Positions 62,599 through 64,000 of a stretch of DNA of 64,000 nucleotides are shown piece after piece. The DNA comes from Candidatus Aminicenantes bacterium (lineage in GTDB: Bacteria; Acidobacteriota; Aminicenantia; Aminicenantales; JAFGBC01): NCBI GenBank assembly GCA_963702005.1, contig OY969696.1, positions 864,001 through 928,000 of the forward strand. The letters run 5' to 3'. The notes below the pieces were generated by a model. The model searched no databases. It had not been told where the DNA came from and worked only from the letters and a program-made list of their open reading frames with translations. The stretch's first letter is position 1. The number at the start of each line of letters is the position of its first letter. The translations under genes and the position numbers were made by a program.

Positions 62599-64000
62599 GT
62601 GAAAAAACTCAGTTTCGGCATTTGCCTCTTCGCGCTTCTCTCCGCCCTCTCCTGGGGCAAGGTCGGCGACGTCCTGAAAACAATCAAAACCCCGGGTCCC
62701 TGCCCGACCGGGCTGGCTTTTGACGGAAAGCATCTCTGGCTCGCCGACGATTTCACCGATACAATCTACAAGATCGATCCCGAAACCGGCAACGTCCTCT
62801 CGAGCTTCGAATCCCCCGGCCACCACCCCGAGGGCTTGGCTTGGGATGGGCAATATCTATGGAACGTCGACTCCGGAGAAAAGTTAATGTATAAGCTGGA
62901 CCCGGAAACGGGAAGGGCTCTCTCCATCCTCGAATCCAACAGCCCCAACCCGCGCGGCCTGGCCTGGGACGGCGAGTACCTCTGGATCGCGGACTTTATA
63001 AGCGACACTCTGCTCAAGGTCTCGACCGTGGACGGGATGATGGTCCAGACTTTCCCTTCCCCGGCCGGAGAGCCCGCCGGCCTCGCCTTTGACGGAAAAT
63101 ACCTCTGGGTGACGGACCGAAGCGAAGACCGGATTTACCTCGTCAATCCTTCAGACGGACTATGCCTTTCTTCCTTGCGCTCCTACGGGCCGTTTCCCTA
63201 CGGGCTTGCCTGGGGAGGCGATGCCCTCTGGAATGTGGATTACGAAAATGAGGAGATCTACAAGGTCAAGGTATTCGACACGGATATCGCAACGAAGTGG
63301 GATGAGAAGCGGCTTTCCTTGCGGTTCGTGAAGGAATTCCGGAACTACGGCCCCGGGACAGTCAAGACATTGGATATCTACCTGCCGATCCCTGAAAACC
63401 GGGACAATCAGTCCTTGCTGACGGCCGTCCGGTTTGACCCCAAACCGAATGAGGTGATCGAGGACAGCTGGGGCCAGAAAATCGCCCATTTCGCCTTCAA
63501 GGATCTCAAGGGTTATTCGATCGTCCGGCCGGGATGGACGGTGGACGCCCGGATCTTCGCGGTCGAATATTTCATTTATCCGGATAAAGTCGGCGCTCTC
63601 GAAGATATCCCTTCGGACATCCGAAAAAAGTACACCCAGGACGGCGATAAATACCGGCTGAGCGACCCCACTATCCGCGAACTCGCCCAGAAGATCGCCG
63701 GCGGCGAGAAAAATCCGTACTGGATCGTCCGCCGCGTCTATGAATATCTGGCGGACCACTTGGAGTACAACCTCAAGCCCGTGGGCGGCTGGAACCCCGC
63801 TCCGACGGTCCTTCGCAGGGGGACGGCCTCCTGCTCGGAATATTCCTATTCGATGATCGCCCTCTGCCGCTCGCTGGGCGTTCCCATCCGCTATGTGGGC
63901 GCCGTCAGCCTGCGGGGCGATGACGCCAGCGTGGACGACGTCTTTCACCGCTGGACCGAGGTCTACCTTCCTCCCTACGGCTGGGTCCCCTTCGACGTCA
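62599..64000 (+). CDS. Secreted beta-propeller plus transglutaminase-like domain protein (partial, absent from ORF track)
   Basis: AAGGAG RBS, GTG, signal peptide; five P-x-GLA(W/F)-(D/G)G-x-x-LW repeats; SCSEY, FHRWTE, GWVPFD Cys-His-Asp triad; open to window end. Confidence 0.85.
   Translation, partial: MKKLSFGICLFALLSALSWGKVGDVLKTIKTPGPCPTGLAFDGKHLWLADDFTDTIYKIDPETGNVLSSFESPGHHPEGLAWDGQYLWNVDSGEKLMYKLDPETGRALSILESNSPNPRGLAWDGEYLWIADFISDTLLKVSTVDGMMVQTFPSPAGEPAGLAFDGKYLWVTDRSEDRIYLVNPSDGLCLSSLRSYGPFPYGLAWGGDALWNVDYENEEIYKVKVFDTDIATKWDEKRLSLRFVKEFRNYGPGTVKTLDIYLPIPENRDNQSLLTAVRFDPKPNEVIEDSWGQKIAHFAFKDLKGYSIVRPGWTVDARIFAVEYFIYPDKVGALEDIPSDIRKKYTQDGDKYRLSDPTIRELAQKIAGGEKNPYWIVRRVYEYLADHLEYNLKPVGGWNPAPTVLRRGTASCSEYSYSMIALCRSLGVPIRYVGAVSLRGDDASVDDVFHRWTEVYLPPYGWVPFDV

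Overview
High-GC bacterial window, standard genetic code (many genes end in TGA). The VWA-domain protein, split ATP synthase operon and secreted-protein repertoire suggest Candidatus Aminicenantes/Acidobacteriota; this is inference only. Contents: scattered surface-glycosylation genes; a Phd-VapC toxin-antitoxin pair beside an AT-rich relic; a large acyl-CoA cluster (CoA transferases, archaeal-type HMG-CoA synthase/thiolase/DUF35, Liu-like carboxylase/hydratase/dehydrogenase, isobutyryl-CoA mutase-type B12 enzyme with MeaB and a C4 beta-oxidation set); accD-folC; atpF'FHAGDC; wzm/wzt. Best novel candidate: a secreted Asp-box (BNR) beta-propeller gene (minus strand, 10166-8136). It has an in-frame TGA at codon 442, followed 11 nt later by a hairpin carrying the CAGGUCUG apex of the E. 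coli fdhF SECIS, then 234 more start-less in-frame codons of the same repeats. It is probably a selenoprotein of a type I do not recognise. Also seen: a 3.9-kb secreted-protein cassette flanked by a duplicated acyl-CoA dehydrogenase 3' end, a BmrR-type promoter whose merR-type gene is internally deleted, and REP-like repeats ending in TTGACA -35 boxes.
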